Assembly: GCA_965214095.1 (NCBI GenBank)
Contig: OZ243938.1
Location: 3,936,001-4,000,000, forward strand
Origin: Candidatus Poribacteria bacterium
Lineage (GTDB): Bacteria > Poribacteria > WGA-4E > WGA-3G
DNA length: 64,000 bases
Direction of reading: 5' to 3'
Shown here: positions 50,773 to 61,379 of the stretch, piece after piece
Position numbering within the stretch: position 1 is the first letter of the stretch
Layout of the letters: the number at the start of each line of letters is the position of its first letter
Made by a program: the position numbers and the translations under genes
The notes under the pieces: generated by a model
Told to the model about the DNA's origin: nothing
Seen by the model: the letters and a program-made list of their open reading frames with translations, nothing else
The model's database searches: none

Positions 50773-53106
50773 TTACGCATCGCTACTTTCTGAATCCACA
50801 AGATTGAGCATAGATGTTTCAGGATTAAATTCAAAATAGTACTGCTTATTACTATCCGAACTAGTTTTTGGTTCTGACTTGTGCCAAAAACGGCGTGTGT
50901 CAAATTTCAACGTTTGTTCTGTCGTTTCTTTCTTATCGTTAACAATAGATTCAAAACGAACCTTAGGATATCCTTGAGGTATCTCTTTTGGTGATGCTAC
51001 ATTCCATTCTATTGTATAATCATCTGGTTCTAAAGGATCTACCATATCCCAATCCTCATCCTCTTCCCACTTAACTTGGAAACTCATGTTACTTTTCGTA
51101 TTGTTGTGAATTATAAAAACAGGTCTTTTTGGAAAATAAGTATTCACAACAAGTACAGCAAGTACTACAATCAAAATACTTAATAGAACATCAAGCATAG
51201 AGAAAGACCTACCAAGTATAGAGAAAGACCATCCTTTTGATTTTTGAGGGATATTCTGTAATCCTTCGTTTAGAGATAACTTCTTTGCTTTTGAATTGTA
51301 CTTAAAATGATATTCAAAGGGTAGAAATTGATACTGGTCTGGTATGAATTCACTGTTTTTGTTAGAGTAGCCTATTCGGGTTCCGATCTTCTGGATATTT
51401 TCAGCAGATTTGTTATCTTCTGAAACAACAATATTCGATCTGATTTTCGTGGAATCTTCGGTTTCAATTACATTTTTTGAATAATTGATTTTCGCGGAAT
51501 CTGAAGGGGCAATTTCATACTGTTTATCGTAAAATTTCAGGTGTTTCGGATCAATAATATCTAATGTCCATTTATCGTTTTCACGCCATTTGTACTGAAA
51601 GAGGATCCGAACATCAGTAGGGTTATTGATTATGAATCTCTGAGTGCGCTTCAATTCTTCCAAGGATATACCCTTTGTTTCCACATTATTCTTAAATTGA
51701 TAATATAGAGGTGGATTCCCCCCTATCTGTTCTATGTCCTCCTTGATTTTAGTAGTCTTGTCAAAGTAACCTGTTTGTGTTAAAAGTGTTATAGAGCTCC
51801 TATTCCTTTCGGGGTATTCTCTATCACCTTGGATCTTGTCAAAACGGATTACTGGGTAACCTGGAGACACCCTCTCTGACGGTTGTCCGTATCTCCACTT
51901 TTCATTTGACTTTATGTACTCTTCTGTCCATTTTTCGTCTTCGTGCCATCTGTAGTAAAAAAATAAAGATGCTTTAGTATTATTGTGGATCATAAATGTT
52001 TGTACCAGTTTCATTTTCACCAGAGAAATTTTCTCTGTTTCAGGATCAGCCATAAATTGGTATCTCAGTGCATCATTGATCTCAATGTGGTCATTCAAAT
52101 CTCCAACATCTTTGATTCCTATACCGAAATACCGAGATTTGGTTTCTAATTCCTGTTCATTCTCCGATGATTCTTCACTATTCTGAGAATCTTTATATTG
52201 GATCTTCGGATATCCAGTTGGAATATCTTTGGAGAGTAGTGAGTGAAGTCGTTCTCTTTTGGGTTCTAAAGGTTCCTCTTCTTTCCAATTTTCATCTTCA
52301 TCTTCATTCCACTGAATGTTATAACTGATAGGCTGTTCAGTGTTATTATAGATTGAAAATATTTTTACTCCTTCAAATGTCTTATATAAGTCAATTATAG
52401 ATGATGTTGGAACAGCAAAAGTAATACCCTTATCCTGATTTATCGCTCTGGCAATTCCAATTAGACTCCCATCCATGTTGAGCACTGGACCACCACTATT
52501 TCCAAAATAAGCATCAGCATATATATGTAAATCACTATTCATTTCCTCTTTGAAGAATCCTGCTTTCCAGTGCCATAGAGGTCGTTCGTCTGGATGTCCT
52601 AAGATATGCACAGGTTTACCTTCTATTCTAGAATAATCAATTGAGAGAGGAAGTTTACGTGGAACAGCTGATCCTGGAAGGCCATCAAGTTCGATTATTG
52701 CCAAGTCTGGTTCGTTTTCTAAATGATTATATTTTGCGATGACACGTCCTCTTGTTACATAACCGAGACGTTCTAATGTGTTTTGATGATCCGTACTTCC
52801 ATAAAATGGTCGTGCCCTAACTATGTCTCCCGATGAGTCCCTAACAGCAAAAAAGACCTGCACCTCCTTATTTTCGCCGGTAACATGGTCATTGGTAACA
52901 ACGTACCTACGATTCTTGTTAATAAGGACACCACTCCCAGTTCCATCCTTAGTGACAATCCATACGACAAATTGGGTTGAACCATCTTTAACTACATCTG
53001 GAGTTATTGATAATTGTCCTATACAAATGCCTTCAACACAAAATATCAACACGGCAACAATTAAAGTTTGGAATATTATCTTTCTATACAAAATTGAATT
53101 TCTCAT
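50773..53106 (-). CDS. Trypsin-like serine protease with three ~110-aa repeats, a TM helix and a fourth repeat
   Basis: TNDHV, PDLAII, GNSGGPV triad; repeats FxIxNxT...Y.W...W...GYPxI...YxF. Confidence 0.85.
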   Translation of the reverse strand: MRNSILYRKIIFQTLIVAVLIFCVEGICIGQLSITPDVVKDGSTQFVVWIVTKDGTGSGVLINKNRRYVVTNDHVTGENKEVQVFFAVRDSSGDIVRARPFYGSTDHQNTLERLGYVTRGRVIAKYNHLENEPDLAIIELDGLPGSAVPRKLPLSIDYSRIEGKPVHILGHPDERPLWHWKAGFFKEEMNSDLHIYADAYFGNSGGPVLNMDGSLIGIARAINQDKGITFAVPTSSIIDLYKTFEGVKIFSIYNNTEQPISYNIQWNEDEDENWKEEEPLEPKRERLHSLLSKDIPTGYPKIQYKDSQNSEESSENEQELETKSRYFGIGIKDVGDLNDHIEINDALRYQFMADPETEKISLVKMKLVQTFMIHNNTKASLFFYYRWHEDEKWTEEYIKSNEKWRYGQPSERVSPGYPVIRFDKIQGDREYPERNRSSITLLTQTGYFDKTTKIKEDIEQIGGNPPLYYQFKNNVETKGISLEELKRTQRFIINNPTDVRILFQYKWRENDKWTLDIIDPKHLKFYDKQYEIAPSDSAKINYSKNVIETEDSTKIRSNIVVSEDNKSAENIQKIGTRIGYSNKNSEFIPDQYQFLPFEYHFKYNSKAKKLSLNEGLQNIPQKSKGWSFSILGRSFSMLDVLLSILIVVLAVLVVNTYFPKRPVFIIHNNTKSNMSFQVKWEEDEDWDMVDPLEPDDYTIEWNVASPKEIPQGYPKVRFESIVNDKKETTEQTLKFDTRRFWHKSEPKTSSDSNKQYYFEFNPETSMLNLVDSESSDA

Positions 53107-53257
53107 CAAAATCTCCTTCAATAAAATCATAGATCTAAAGAGGAAAGAAGTATCTGGTTTATTCTTTGATAATAAAGATACCTTTTTACGACTAGTCTAT
53201 GGAGGTCGTCAACACAACCGCTATGTCAATTTATATTCAGAACATTGAAATCACAAA

Positions 53258-54373
53258 TCATTTCTTCTCAGAATCATACAAATCAAGAATCTCAGTTCGC
53301 GAGTTATAACCGAAATGATATTCACGAGCATCTTTGATGTAATCAGGTTGAACCCCGGATCCCAGTTGCCGAAAATAGGTATTTAAGGGGTAAGTTTTTG
53401 GAGTGACCTTTTCATCGTTAGCAATATAGTCAAACTGAATCTTTGGGTAGCCAGTGGGAACAACTTTTCCGGGATACCAATGAGTCATAATTTGGTTTCG
53501 TTTAACTGTCGTTTGTTTCCATTTGCCACCTGCAGACCACTTGACATAATAATTAACAGTGAACGTAGTATTATTCGTAATTGAGAACACATGTCTTGGT
53601 TGCAGTGTATTCAATAGATCTTTTATGTAGATAGCAGGAACAGCCCAGGCTGTGTGCCGTTCATTACTTAGAGTAGCAATCCCAATCAAATTTCCTTGAT
53701 CATCAAGGACAGGACCGCCACTGTTACCTTTATAGATACCAGCAGTGAACTTAATCATGCCACTGTCAACAGATTGAAATGTTCCTGCAGCATATTTCCA
53801 TAACTTCAAACCTCCTGGATTACCGAAGATCTGAACTTGATCTTTTCTCTCCAGATAGAGATGTGCTGGATAATTGAAATTATGGTCAATTTCGCGTGCA
53901 GTATCTGGAAGTCCATCAAGTTGAATAACTGCCAAATCCGTTTTAGGGTCTTTAGCAATTACGCGACCTTCTACAGCATAACCAATTCCCTTCAGAACCC
54001 CTAAGTTATTCTTATTAACATAAAAGTTGCGTTCGTCAATCAAGACTCCGTATCGATCGCGGACTGGAAAGAATATTGCAACTTCATCATTATCCTTTAC
54101 TACGTGGTGATTTGTGACCGCAAGTCTCAATTCTGTATCAATTAACACACCACTCCCCTGAAATTTATCAGATATCACCCATACTAAAGATCTAATTGTC
54201 TTGTTATAAATCTCATCAACACTCAATTCTGGTCTCGGGATAGTTCTAACTTCAACTTCAATATCTGAAAAATCAATATCTTGACTGTAACCAGTGCTTT
54301 GACAACCCGAACAAAGTAAAACAATTACTGAAGTTAACACAATTACTTTTCTATACAAAATTGACTTTTTCAT
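53258..54373 (-). CDS. Trypsin-like serine protease (probable lipoprotein) with one C-terminal repeat
   Basis: LLCSGC lipobox-like, TNHHV, TDLAV, GNSGGPV; FSITNNT...GYPKIQFD. Confidence 0.85.
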   Translation of the reverse strand: MKKSILYRKVIVLTSVIVLLCSGCQSTGYSQDIDFSDIEVEVRTIPRPELSVDEIYNKTIRSLVWVISDKFQGSGVLIDTELRLAVTNHHVVKDNDEVAIFFPVRDRYGVLIDERNFYVNKNNLGVLKGIGYAVEGRVIAKDPKTDLAVIQLDGLPDTAREIDHNFNYPAHLYLERKDQVQIFGNPGGLKLWKYAAGTFQSVDSGMIKFTAGIYKGNSGGPVLDDQGNLIGIATLSNERHTAWAVPAIYIKDLLNTLQPRHVFSITNNTTFTVNYYVKWSAGGKWKQTTVKRNQIMTHWYPGKVVPTGYPKIQFDYIANDEKVTPKTYPLNTYFRQLGSGVQPDYIKDAREYHFGYNSRTEILDLYDSEKK

Positions 54374-54419
54374 AAAAAATCACCTTTTATCAAAATTTGA
54401 TTCCAAAGTGGAATCTGGT

Positions 54420-54560
54420 TATATGAAAAGAATATAAAAATATGTGCACACTCCCGGTAGATGCGGTTTCCTAACCGCATCTATGAGACTGAACAAACAC
54501 CGGTTTGGTTAGGAAACCGAACCTACCGTAGTGTATAAATAATTATGATTTTTACTATAA
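54420..54560. mobile_element. Family B MITE/REPIN-like element, copy 3
   Basis: CACACTCCCGGTAGATGCGGTTTCCTAACCGCATCTATG..ACTGAACAAACACCGG...TTTTTACTATAA, as in copies 1 and 2. Confidence 0.75.
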
Positions 54561-54598
54561 AGATCGGTAACGAAGCGTGTTTACTCAGAAGTCACCAA

Positions 54599-55159
54599 CT
54601 ATTTGCTGATGAAAATCTTTCCGTTCTGATGCATCAAATTAACTCCTTCCAGAAGTCCAGTAATTGCAGTTCCGGATCCCTTAAGTGTCATGTTGATATT
54701 AACTCCAGGACTCTTCTTTTTGATCATGTATCCATCAGTAATTTTCACAAGTTGATAACCGTGCGTTTTTAGCCAATTTTTAGACTCAATCTCATCTAAA
54801 AAACCTGTCGGTGGATATGGCGGAGGAGAGGGATAGTCAAATCCGTTCGCTACAACTCTTTTTTTACTATTATGATCAACTGTAATAATAGTTATCTGTT
54901 GCAGGAAAGGTTCTTCCAAAACTAAATGTTGTTCCATAAAAGAGAGACTGTCGGGCATTGCTATTTTTCCGCTATTTTCATTTATCCATTGTTGTGATTC
55001 TGAAACACTTAGAACTTTACGACCAGTCTCTTCTTGTAGTGTTAACCAAAAATTCCATTGTTGTTCAGGAGTTGGTTCTGATGGTCCTGGCGGGGGTGGT
55101 GGCTCACAACTCGCTATAAACAGAATTATTAGAACCGTTGCTATGATGTTATATTTCAT
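54599..55159 (-). CDS. Hypothetical lipoprotein, Pro-rich after the lipobox
   Basis: LFIASC lipobox followed by EPPPPPGP; AAGGAG RBS. Confidence 0.7.
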   Translation of the reverse strand: MKYNIIATVLIILFIASCEPPPPPGPSEPTPEQQWNFWLTLQEETGRKVLSVSESQQWINENSGKIAMPDSLSFMEQHLVLEEPFLQQITIITVDHNSKKRVVANGFDYPSPPPYPPTGFLDEIESKNWLKTHGYQLVKITDGYMIKKKSPGVNINMTLKGSGTAITGLLEGVNLMHQNGKIFISK

Positions 55160-55308
55160 TGTAATTTGCTCCTTTTTGAAATTATGTATTTTACTCAGTA
55201 CTAACGATTAAATCTATGCTGAATATTGAATTTGTATGTCAGATAATCCTCAACTAAAGAATTGGCATTATGCAGATTCAAACTGTTCTATTACAAAGGG
55301 AATTGAAA

Positions 55309-55479
55309 TTAATTAATCAATTCAAACCGATTCACTATACCAAGGATTACGACTATTACAAAGATAGCAGTAACCCAAATCAACAAACGTACTGCCCGCT
55401 TCACAATACTAATAACCAAGAATATAGTGAATATACCAACAATTATCAGAAATGGTAAAGAACCTACTATTTCAAGCAT
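55309..55479 (-). CDS. Small two-TM membrane protein
   Basis: MLEIVGSL...KRAVRLLIW hydrophobic hairpin. Confidence 0.5.
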   Translation of the reverse strand: MLEIVGSLPFLIIVGIFTIFLVISIVKRAVRLLIWVTAIFVIVVILGIVNRFELIN

Positions 55480-55597
55480 TACAGATTTTATCTTAAAAGA
55501 AAAAACCACATTAAGACTATGACATAATATCAACATATTATATCACATTACGTCTTAATGTGGATATTTTAGATAGAATTAACAAAAAAGTCAACTA

Positions 55598-56410
55598 TTA
55601 ATTTGACAAAACACTTTTCATCTTCTCCAACCCAATCCGAGCAACCTCCTCCGGATCTTCTTCCCAATAACTCGGATTAAACAACTCCAACGAAATAACA
55701 CCCGAATAATCCGCATCTTTCAAAATAGAGATCATCCGCTTCAGGTCAAGGATACCATCACCAGGATAAACTCTATCCGCATCAGACTGTTCTGCACGTG
55801 CAGGCTCAGCAGGAGCGTCATTGAAGTGGAAGACTGCGATTTTTTCTCCAGGAATACCCTCCATATCCTCAATCTCTCCACCACCCCGATAGATATGGAA
55901 CGGGTCAAGCACAATTGTGCTATCCGGATGATCAGCAACTTCCATAACTTCCCATGCATGTTTCACCTGATTAACACCATCAACAAAACCGAGAAACTCC
56001 ATCGCAGGTTTAACACCTATTTCTCGTCCGAGTTCAAGTAGTTTTCTGTAATTCTCGCCACCCAATTGCAAGTCTGCAACTTCGCGCGGTGGACTTGAAA
56101 TAATATAGGTTGAACCTACTGCGGCGGCTTGTGCCATCCGTTTCTTGGCATCATCCAATGCATTTTGAAGATCAGCACCAGTTGCATCGAGCCATCCATG
56201 CAACGCAATGACGGTTGGCACGGAAAGACCATTATCATCTAATGCTTTTTTCACATCTGCAAGCGACCCTCCTTGATCCTCATAATCGGATAGATCGTTA
56301 TTCCACAACTCAATTGCTGTATAACCAGTTTCTCCGGCAATCCGTATCTTATCCATCAAACTTGCAGGACGGATCGTACTTGTATTCAACCCTAACTCAA
56401 ATTGTCCCAT
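55598..56410 (-). CDS. Sugar phosphate isomerase/epimerase (AP endonuclease 2 TIM barrel)
   Basis: AIELW, AMEF, LDPFH, FHFND, RVYPGDG, SLELF. Confidence 0.88.
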   Translation of the reverse strand: MGQFELGLNTSTIRPASLMDKIRIAGETGYTAIELWNNDLSDYEDQGGSLADVKKALDDNGLSVPTVIALHGWLDATGADLQNALDDAKKRMAQAAAVGSTYIISSPPREVADLQLGGENYRKLLELGREIGVKPAMEFLGFVDGVNQVKHAWEVMEVADHPDSTIVLDPFHIYRGGGEIEDMEGIPGEKIAVFHFNDAPAEPARAEQSDADRVYPGDGILDLKRMISILKDADYSGVISLELFNPSYWEEDPEEVARIGLEKMKSVLSN

Positions 56411-56419
56411 GCTATCTCC

Positions 56420-57220
56420 TTATTTATCCATCAATGCGCGAATAAAACGCACATCTACGCGGGCAAGGTCAATCACACTCTTTACAGGTTCACCACCATA
56501 TTCACTATGGAAACTCACAGGTCCTGTATATTCCATCGTCTGCAACGTATTAATGGTTGTTTCCCAATCAACAAACCCTTTCCCCATACGAACAACTTTG
56601 CCACCTTTCATACCGGGTGAACGTGCAAGGTCTTTGAAAGCTATCACTGCTAAATGTGAACTGACAATATCAAGTGCCATGTTAATTGGCTCACCGACAA
56701 TAGACAGATGACCCGTATCAGCAAAAACACCAACATATTTGGGATCAAAATCCTTCACAAGGTTCATCACCGCACATGAATTTAGTCCCATAGAAGTTCC
56801 CGAATGGTTATGTATACAAGTACGGGGACCATATATCTCAGAGAGTTTAGCAAATCCATCAAGTTGCTCGCGTATTGAATCAACCTGAGACCAGTAGCCA
56901 CCATCTCCTGCATGCCAATGCCAATATCCCAATTTGATATTATCAACACCTGCACTTCCTGCAGCCGCATAAACACGTTTTGTGTCTTCGCTTGTAGGAT
57001 CTAAAAAGTCGCCAGGAGTCGTAACAAGCGGAATCGACATTCCTGCATCTGCAAATTGCTCTGCGGCTTCAGGTAATGCCTTAATTGCATTTTTTGGATT
57101 TACGGGATAACCGGGACGAACACAAAGGTCAGCACCATCAACCCCAACAGATTTCAACGCAGTGATAATCTCTGGAATTTCTAAACCTTCCAGATGTTTT
57201 GTGAACATTATAAATTTCAT
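56420..57220 (-). CDS. Sugar phosphate isomerase/epimerase (TIM barrel)
   Basis: IHNHSG, DTGH, FKD, GKGFVDW, FHSEY. Confidence 0.85.
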   Translation of the reverse strand: MKFIMFTKHLEGLEIPEIITALKSVGVDGADLCVRPGYPVNPKNAIKALPEAAEQFADAGMSIPLVTTPGDFLDPTSEDTKRVYAAAGSAGVDNIKLGYWHWHAGDGGYWSQVDSIREQLDGFAKLSEIYGPRTCIHNHSGTSMGLNSCAVMNLVKDFDPKYVGVFADTGHLSIVGEPINMALDIVSSHLAVIAFKDLARSPGMKGGKVVRMGKGFVDWETTINTLQTMEYTGPVSFHSEYGGEPVKSVIDLARVDVRFIRALMDK

Positions 57221-57296
57221 AATTGCTATTAGATCCGTAAATTATTTTTTTCAGTTTTTGCCATCAGTTTTCAGTTGAAGGCAGATGCGAAAATTC

Positions 57297-57413
57297 TAAT
57301 ACTATTTCTAAGAAATCAGAACTCTTTAAGAAATAATTAGTTCGTAGTCGCGCAATTCATTGCGCCTCATACATTCCAAGGCAAAAGGGTAATCATCTAT
57401 AGAATTGGTATTA
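57297..57413. mobile_element. MITE-like element (TAATACTATTTCTA / TAGAATTGGTATTA) carrying the GTAGTCGCGCAATTCATTGCGC hairpin
   Basis: Imperfect TIR; right end matches 7351-7363; core at 57344-57368. Confidence 0.55.
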
Positions 57414-57439
57414 CATTTCTTACAACTGACAACTATTCC

Positions 57440-58543
57440 CTACCAATCCACAACAGAACCATCATCAGGATGGTAAGATTCTGGATTTCGCCAATCGTGG
57501 TCTATCTTATCTTCAAGCGCATCTTCATCCAACTCAATCCCTAAACCAGGACCCGTTGGCAGTTCAACAAACCCATCTTTGAAGACAAATGGATTCTTGA
57601 GATAACCTTCACCAAGAGTGGTGTGTTCCTGCATGACAAAGTTCGGAATAGACGCATCTAATTGAATACATGCTGCTAACGAAATCGGACCGAGCGGGTT
57701 ATGCGGTGCAATACCACCATAATATGCCTCTGCCATTCCTGCGATAATACGCACTTCATTGATACCACCCGCATGACATAGGTCAGGTTGTAGAATGGAT
57801 GCTGCTTGTTTTTCTAAAATCTCACGGAAACCCCACTTGGTAAAAATTCGTTCACCTGTTGCTATCGGTAAATGTGTGCTACGAGCAATCTCTGCAAGCG
57901 TATCCACATTCTGGCACTGGATCGGTTCTTCAACAAACATCGGCTGATACGGTTCCAACGCCTTAATTAACACCTTTGCTGTCTGCGGACTCACGGCACC
58001 GTGAAAGTCAATTGCCAAGTCTACCTCAGTCCCCGCAGCTTCACGTAGTGAAGCAAAATGATCAACTGCTTTGTCAATGAACGCCTTGTTTTCAATAATA
58101 CGTGCAGGTCTACCACCAGCAACACCTGTTTTAAAAGCTGTGAACCCTTTGTCGATCCATTCCTGAATGCTATGTGCATCGCCACCACCTTTGTAAAGTC
58201 TGATTTTATCGCGTGTTGGACCGCCAAAAAGTTGGTAAACAGGGACACCAAGGGACTTTCCTGCTAAGTCCCATAATGCTTGTTCAACGCCACTCAATGC
58301 ACTTGTGAGAATTGGTCCACCACGATAAAATGCGTGACGATACATCGCCTGCCAATGATGAACAACACGTCTCGGATCTTCACCTATGAGATAAGGTGCA
58401 AGTTCATCAACTGCTTGTGCACAGGTCTTCGCGCGTCCCTCCAAAATCGGTTCACCGAGACCTACCAAGCCTTCATCTGTATGTATTTTGAGAAAGAGCC
58501 AACGGGGTTGTACAAGGAAAGTTTCTAATTTCGTTATTTTCAT
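57440..58543 (-). CDS. dgoD: Galactonate dehydratase (enolase superfamily)
   Basis: PRWLFLKIHTDEG, FYRGGP, DFHG, EEP, ATGER, QPDL, APHNPLGPI, DDGSVVDW. Confidence 0.88.
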   Translation of the reverse strand: MKITKLETFLVQPRWLFLKIHTDEGLVGLGEPILEGRAKTCAQAVDELAPYLIGEDPRRVVHHWQAMYRHAFYRGGPILTSALSGVEQALWDLAGKSLGVPVYQLFGGPTRDKIRLYKGGGDAHSIQEWIDKGFTAFKTGVAGGRPARIIENKAFIDKAVDHFASLREAAGTEVDLAIDFHGAVSPQTAKVLIKALEPYQPMFVEEPIQCQNVDTLAEIARSTHLPIATGERIFTKWGFREILEKQAASILQPDLCHAGGINEVRIIAGMAEAYYGGIAPHNPLGPISLAACIQLDASIPNFVMQEHTTLGEGYLKNPFVFKDGFVELPTGPGLGIELDEDALEDKIDHDWRNPESYHPDDGSVVDW

Positions 58544-58870
58544 ATAGAGTTCACCTTAAATGCACACCAAGTGTCCATAAAATTTTAATTTTTTATGGTA
58601 CCACCTCGTTTGTATTTTGTCAATCTAATTTTCGGGTGATGATCATTAGCTAAAGAATTCTTGACATTGCCTTTTAGTTAATCCTATTTCTTCAACTAAT
58701 GCAACATTCCTGCTATACTACATAGAAAGTTACACTTCAAAATGCAGCACATGTTGCTATACAGAATTCAGTTTTTTATCATTTTTCCTACGTATTTGCA
58801 GATTTTTTGCAACCTTTGCATCAGAAATAGGAGTCTTTGTATATGAGACAATCTATTTTGGAGAAGGCAC

Positions 58871-61321
58871 ATGGAAATAACAGACGTTCAACTAATACAA
58901 AATACATTGAATGGTAATCAAGATGCTTTTGCGGAGTTAGTCCGCAGATATCAAAATCGAGTGCATGCCCTTGCATGGCGGAATATAGGTGATTTTCACA
59001 TTGCCGAGGAAATTACACAAGACACTTTCTTACGTGCATATAGAAACCTTGGTTCTCTGAAGAATCCTCAACTATTTGCGGGATGGTTATATGTCATCGC
59101 AAATCGACTTTGCAAAACTTGGTTGTCAAAAAAAGCGCATGAGATGCAATCGTTGGAAACTATGCCTACAGAAGAACTTGAGCTGCATGCATATTCAGAT
59201 TATGCAGCGAAACAACGTGAGGATCATGCATCTGAAAATAGGATGGATCTTGTCAATCGTCTCCTCCAAAAATTGCCTGAGAGTGAAAGAATTGTCATAA
59301 CACTCCATTACCTTGCAGAGAGTTCAGTTAAAGAGATTAGCGAGTTTTTAGGTGTATCAATGAATACGGTGAAAAGCCGTCTCCATCGCGCAAGAAAACG
59401 ATTACAGAAGGAGGAAAACATGCTCAAAGAAACTTTAGGAAGTTTCCAACCATCAACTGCATTAACAGATAGTATCATCACCAAAATAAAACAGACAGGA
59501 ACGCAGATTAATCCACCTACAACCAAGACATTCATTCCAATTGTATCTGCAACGTCAACACTCGTTGTGGTATTACTCATGCTTGGCCTCGGCTCACAAT
59601 ACCTTGCACATTTTCAGAAACCATATAACCTTGATGCTACCTCAAAAATGTCAGTAGAAATCGTTGACGCATCAGTAATGATGAATCTCCCATCAGACCC
59701 AAATGTCAGAAATCAGATTGGCAATGTTGATGCACAAAATAAGAGCGACAGTGTGGATCAGAACGTGGATGCAAAGTTACCATTCTCTAACTCTGGTCGT
59801 GTGATTGATGAAGCAGGTAATCCTATTTCAGGTATAAAAATCGCACTAACCCCAGTTAGAAATGTAAATGGAGGATGGTTTCCAATAATTCCAAGTGATG
59901 AAAACGGTGATCCAATAGATATGTCTGTATATCAGGCAGAAACGAATATAGAAGGACATTTCACGGTTACTAATCCCTTAGGTGGCACCGTTAAATTAAC
60001 CTTATTTCCTCGTCTTAGATCTGGATATCGCATGTCAAAGGTTCAAATGGCAGGTTTGTATTTCTATCCTACTGAGATGTCGGGCCAAAAAGGTGTTGTG
60101 TTTGCAATATCTCCAGATGCACACCATGAAGATATTCAAGTCATACTCAAGCAGCCGCAATTGCGTGTAAAAGTCCTAAATAGCGACAGCACTCCACTCG
60201 CAAACGAAACAATAAGATGTGATATTGAAATTGAAAGTAAAGGTGGAAAATCTACATTGGATATGACAGTAGATACAGATGAAAATGGATACTTCGTGCA
60301 CTACATTGATAATTTCTGGAATAATGATGTAACATATACTTGCAGGATGACTACAACCTATGATAAGCAAACAGCAAGTGCAGCACCGTTTGAGCTGAAA
60401 TCTACACATGGGACATATAATGTTGTTCTCATTTTGGGTGAGGAGCAAGTAACAATTTCCCAACTACAGGACGATAGTAATACAAATACACCTTCTCAGA
60501 CAAATATCAATAACCAAAATCGTAAACCACCTCACAGTATTGTTCCGCAACAAACTTCTACACTATCAGGAAAGGTGGTTGATATAGAAGGTAAACCGGT
60601 AGCGGATCTACCTATATACATTCGTTCCGTAAAACCGACTGAAATTGAACGTGTAAATACAACTTTTTTTCGACAATATTATTTTAAATCGCAACATTCA
60701 CGAACAAATAATGAAGGCACTTTTACTCTCAAAAACATTTCTTCTGGGAGTATATACTTGGGGTTATTGACAGATAAGATAAACACTTTCCTACCAGATG
60801 GTCTTGCGGAAAAGAATAGCGATGATTTAGACAAAAAGGATAAGGACAAGCTGCGTACAATGGGCTTCTATGATATGGAACAAGAAGATTTTGAACCAGA
60901 TTATGAAGTGCTATCTATACGTCAACAAGGGATAACTTTTTATCCAAAAAGAAACGCTGATCCAATAGTATTTGGAATTCATCCAGAAACTGAAAATAAA
61001 AATGTAGTCGTTACGGTAAAATCACGAATGCGGATACGGGGTCAACTTCTTTCTGATGATGGCATACCGGTTGCCAATGTAAGATTCAATCTTCGTGAAT
61101 CAAGATATACTGAAGATGGAAAGGGATTTGGAAGTTCAGGTGGAAAACCAAAAACTGATGCAAACGGATTCTTTATCTATTATCCGACGGAGAAACACGA
61201 ACCCATGCATTATATTTTTGGTCTGAGATATAGAAATATGATAGCGGAGTCGGAACCTATTCTCCTTAAACCTGGAGAAAGGTTTGAGGAATTAAAATTA
61301 AAATTAGAAAGTATCCCATAG
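58871..61321 (+). CDS. ECF sigma factor with TM helix and large C-terminal carboxypeptidase-regulatory-like repeat region
   Basis: AEEITQDTFLRAY, FAGWLYVIA, EISEFLG...TVKSRLHRARKRL; hydrophobic TLVVVLLMLGLG; SGRVIDEAGNPI and SGKVVDIEGKPV repeats. Confidence 0.88.
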   Translation: MEITDVQLIQNTLNGNQDAFAELVRRYQNRVHALAWRNIGDFHIAEEITQDTFLRAYRNLGSLKNPQLFAGWLYVIANRLCKTWLSKKAHEMQSLETMPTEELELHAYSDYAAKQREDHASENRMDLVNRLLQKLPESERIVITLHYLAESSVKEISEFLGVSMNTVKSRLHRARKRLQKEENMLKETLGSFQPSTALTDSIITKIKQTGTQINPPTTKTFIPIVSATSTLVVVLLMLGLGSQYLAHFQKPYNLDATSKMSVEIVDASVMMNLPSDPNVRNQIGNVDAQNKSDSVDQNVDAKLPFSNSGRVIDEAGNPISGIKIALTPVRNVNGGWFPIIPSDENGDPIDMSVYQAETNIEGHFTVTNPLGGTVKLTLFPRLRSGYRMSKVQMAGLYFYPTEMSGQKGVVFAISPDAHHEDIQVILKQPQLRVKVLNSDSTPLANETIRCDIEIESKGGKSTLDMTVDTDENGYFVHYIDNFWNNDVTYTCRMTTTYDKQTASAAPFELKSTHGTYNVVLILGEEQVTISQLQDDSNTNTPSQTNINNQNRKPPHSIVPQQTSTLSGKVVDIEGKPVADLPIYIRSVKPTEIERVNTTFFRQYYFKSQHSRTNNEGTFTLKNISSGSIYLGLLTDKINTFLPDGLAEKNSDDLDKKDKDKLRTMGFYDMEQEDFEPDYEVLSIRQQGITFYPKRNADPIVFGIHPETENKNVVVTVKSRMRIRGQLLSDDGIPVANVRFNLRESRYTEDGKGFGSSGGKPKTDANGFFIYYPTEKHEPMHYIFGLRYRNMIAESEPILLKPGERFEELKLKLESIP

Positions 61322-61379
61322 CTCTACAATCATTATATCATTTCTGATTGATCGTCATTCATTAGGAAAGAACGTGTTC

